DNA of 44,585 bases from a virus. Lineage: Duplodnaviria > Caudoviricetes. Positions 44,299 to 44,585 of the stretch are shown here, in pieces. The notes under the pieces were generated by a model that made no database searches, was not told the DNA's origin, and saw nothing but the letters and a program-made list of their open reading frames with translations. The stretch covers positions 1 to 44,585 of IMG/VR virus record IMGVR_UViG_3300030330_005615; one strand, written 5' to 3'. The first letter of the stretch is position 1, and every line of letters begins with the position of its first letter. The translations under genes and the position numbers were made by a program.

Positions 44299-44532
44299 CA
44301 CCCATACAACACCCAAAAAAACACCTATACAACACCAACCACGGTCCGCGAAAGTCCGCGACAGTCCGCGATATTCCGCAAAAGTCCAATAGATTAAGGG
44401 AGATACGGTGGTGGGCGATACTGGATTTGAACCAGTGACTTCTACCGTGTGAAGGTAGCACTATCGACACAAGTATATGTAATTAATAGGTATTATCAAA
44501 CACAAGAAACATGGAAACACCTATACAACACC
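44297..44532. other. attP region with arm-like direct repeats
   Basis: AAACACCTATACAACACC at 44319-36 and 44515-32, variant at 44297-313; 10-bp tandem repeats at 44341-44390; these flank the tRNA fragment. Confidence 0.75.
44409..44462 (-). other. attP core: 3' portion of tRNA-Val(CAC)
   Basis: Minus strand AGTGCTACCTTCACACGGTAGAAGTCACTGGTTCAAATCCAGTATCGCCCACCA has the anticodon arm, T-arm and CCA; 5' acceptor strand and D-arm are absent. Confidence 0.9.
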
Positions 44533-44585
44533 TTTCAGTGCTGAATCATTGGATTCGGTGCAACACGATCGGACCCGCATCGCTT
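44488..44585 (+). repeat. 98-bp terminal direct repeat, right copy
   Basis: Identical to nt 2-99. Confidence 0.95.

Larger units (their letters stand above)
1..44585. mobile_element. Complete temperate tailed bacteriophage genome (siphovirus-like tail, Mu-like head genes, tyrosine integrase), circular excised form
   Basis: Terminase, portal, capsid, tape measure, endolysin, DnaB, integrase and attP are all present; contig ends overlap by 98 bp; no host housekeeping genes. Confidence 0.95.

Noticed and set aside
43594-44390. CRISPR mini-array
   Set aside because: The repeats are 10-bp tandem units without unique spacers; no cas genes are present
44409-44485. Complete tRNA-Val gene
   Set aside because: The 5' acceptor strand (expected GGGCGAT) and D-arm are missing, so it is an att core fragment

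Overview
The window appears to be a complete, circularly assembled temperate tailed phage genome (about 44.5 kb; nt 2-99 repeat exactly at 44488-44585). It combines a Mu-like head module (DUF935-type portal, protease-I/scaffold, capsid, gpF-like) with a non-contractile tail (tube, chaperone with a -1 frameshift, tape measure, tip proteins). It also has an M15 endolysin separated from a holin/spanin-like cassette and a lambdoid-like replication module (initiator with iterons, DnaB, resolvase, DEDDh exonuclease, Dam-like MTase). Two divergent XRE regulators, SSB, Xis, a tyrosine integrase and an attP (3' 54 nt of tRNA-Val(CAC) flanked by arm-like repeats) complete the lysogeny module. Gene order is unusually scrambled, with many strand switches. 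The strongest unexplained signal is an 18-bp palindrome, TTGATC-N6-GATCAA (two GATC sites one helical turn apart), found at most operon boundaries. It often supplies the -35 hexamer and co-occurs with two phage-encoded DNA methyltransferases, which suggests a genome-wide, possibly methylation-sensitive regulon. A small operator-controlled operon next to attP (two small ORFs, an HTH and a GNAT acetyltransferase) looks like an anti-defence cassette. All product calls come from motif recognition by eye; no database searches were run.
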